Origin: Phaeosaccion multiseriatum
Lineage: Eukaryota; Protista; Ochrophyta, other classes
Assembly: GCA_965112735.1 (NCBI GenBank)
Contig: OZ218954.1
Location: 3,162,001 to 3,226,000, forward strand
Direction: 5' to 3'
DNA length: 64,000 nt
Part shown: in pieces, positions 62,950-64,000 of the stretch
How positions within the stretch are numbered: the stretch's first letter is position 1
Layout: every line of letters begins with the position of its first letter
The notes under the pieces: model-generated
Databases searched by the model: none
The model's input: the letters and a program-made list of their open reading frames with translations, nothing else
What the model was told of the DNA's origin: nothing
Translations under genes and position numbers: made by a program

Positions 62950-63110
62950 CCCTCCTCCTCCTCCTCCTCCTCCTCCTCCTCCTCCTCCTCCTCCTTCTCC
63001 TCCTCCTCCTCCTCCTCCTCCTCCTCCTCCTCCTCCTCCTTCTCCTCCTCCTCCTCCTCCTCCTCCTCCTCCTCCTCCTCCTCCTCCTCCTCTTTCTCCC
63101 TCCTCCTCCT
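62950..63110. repeat. (CCT)n microsatellite
   Basis: CCT trinucleotide array. Confidence 0.93.
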
Positions 63111-63165
63111 GCTAGCTACTCTCGGTGACGCTCCTTTCTAATCAGAAACAACCCCTCACCAGCCA

Positions 63166-64000
63166 TCAGCCAGCAAGCCTCCCTACTGACATATCTATCG
63201 CGTCAAGCACAGCGCTCTCCTCCTCTACGCTGGGGCTCCTCACGCGTGCATCTCCTTCCCCTTCTCCTTCTTCTTGTCCTCCTTCGCCCTCCTCCCCGTC
63301 CGCGCAACTCCCCACCTTCAACATCAAAGACGAAGAGTCACTCCCTGGCGTCCCTGATTCCATACTTAGCAACTGCATTCCATCGCTGTGACATTCCGTC
63401 GCTTCGTCGTCGCCAAGAGCAACCGAACTTTCCTCGATGTCAAGGGCGTTGGGGCATGTCGTCGCCAGCCGAGCTATCACCGGTTGTATCACCAACGGCT
63501 GCTGCTGCTCCGGCGTCGCTGACAGCTCCACCCTCTTATGGACTACTGCCTCCCTCACCTTTTCCCCGGCTACTACCTCTCTGCCACCAGCTGCTGTGTC
63601 ACCAACTGCTTGTCGTTTCCCTGTCTCCAGCGTGGACGATGGCGGCAGTCCCCCTACTCGATCGCTACCCTCCCTCTCCTCCTTCTTCTCCTCCTCCTCA
63701 TCATCATCATCCTCCTCCCCCTCCACCTCCTCCTCCTCCTCCTCCTCCTCCTCCTCCTCCTCCTCCTCCTCCACCACCTCCACCTCCACCTCCTTCTCTC
63801 TCTCCTTATCCTCGCTAACATCCACCGGCTGAGCCTGAATCTGCAAAGCCGTGAAGCTCTTCCTCCCCCCATCTGGCGGCACAGCAGCAGTCGATCCTGC
63901 TAGAGCACCCTCTCTCACCAGCTGCATAAATACATGCGTATTGAAGCAGTCGACTTTCTGAAACGCATTCATCGTCCTGGCGCGAGGCGGCAGCTCCCCA
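63166..64000 (-). CDS. Exon of an acidic low-complexity protein, open to the window end
   Basis: Frame open from 64000 to 63166, with poly-E/D tracts and more complex flanking sequence; candidate donor TCA|gtaggg at 63187. Confidence 0.5.
   Translation of the reverse strand, partial: GELPPRARTMNAFQKVDCFNTHVFMQLVREGALAGSTAAVPPDGGRKSFTALQIQAQPVDVSEDKEREKEVEVEVVEEEEEEEEEEEEEEEVEGEEDDDDEEEEKKEEREGSDRVGGLPPSSTLETGKRQAVGDTAAGGREVVAGEKVREAVVHKRVELSATPEQQQPLVIQPVIARLATTCPNALDIEESSVALGDDEATECHSDGMQLLSMESGTPGSDSSSLMLKVGSCADGEEGEGGQEEGEGEGDARVRSPSVEEESAVLDAIDMSVGRLAG

Overview
Intron-rich, microsatellite-laden eukaryotic DNA with GT-AG introns. The gene content suggests a photosynthetic stramenopile related to brown algae (inference). 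In order, the window holds: (1) the 3' 25 exons of a giant armadillo-repeat (Vac8-like) gene, 820-16246; (2) an LRR / helical / kinase / RING(RBR-like) gene whose LRRs are each a 72-nt exon between near-identical introns, with an apparent frameshift before the last RING, 17530-22860; (3) three tandem paralogous secreted-protein genes (A 23727-33549, B 36665-46304, C 48131-53659) built from 5+5+3 = 13 copies of a ~1.7-kb, five-exon cassette, each encoding a ~226-248-aa probable beta-solenoid domain; (4) a pseudogenised 1.9-kb copy of the ARM gene between A and B, plus two small inverted-repeat (MITE/foldback-like) element families; (5) a short LOV-only photoreceptor gene head-to-head with a DinB-family gene, and weaker ORFs. 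In the cassettes, variation is concentrated at alternating residues and shuffled between copies, all exonic indels I saw keep the frame, and the splice phases allow modular skipping. The main candidate novel system is this hypervariable multi-exon-cassette secreted protein family, adjacent to an exon-per-LRR receptor-like gene, which together look like a diversifying recognition locus. Most short ORFs in the supplied track are intronic or antisense artefacts. Exon boundaries were read by eye; no database searches were run.
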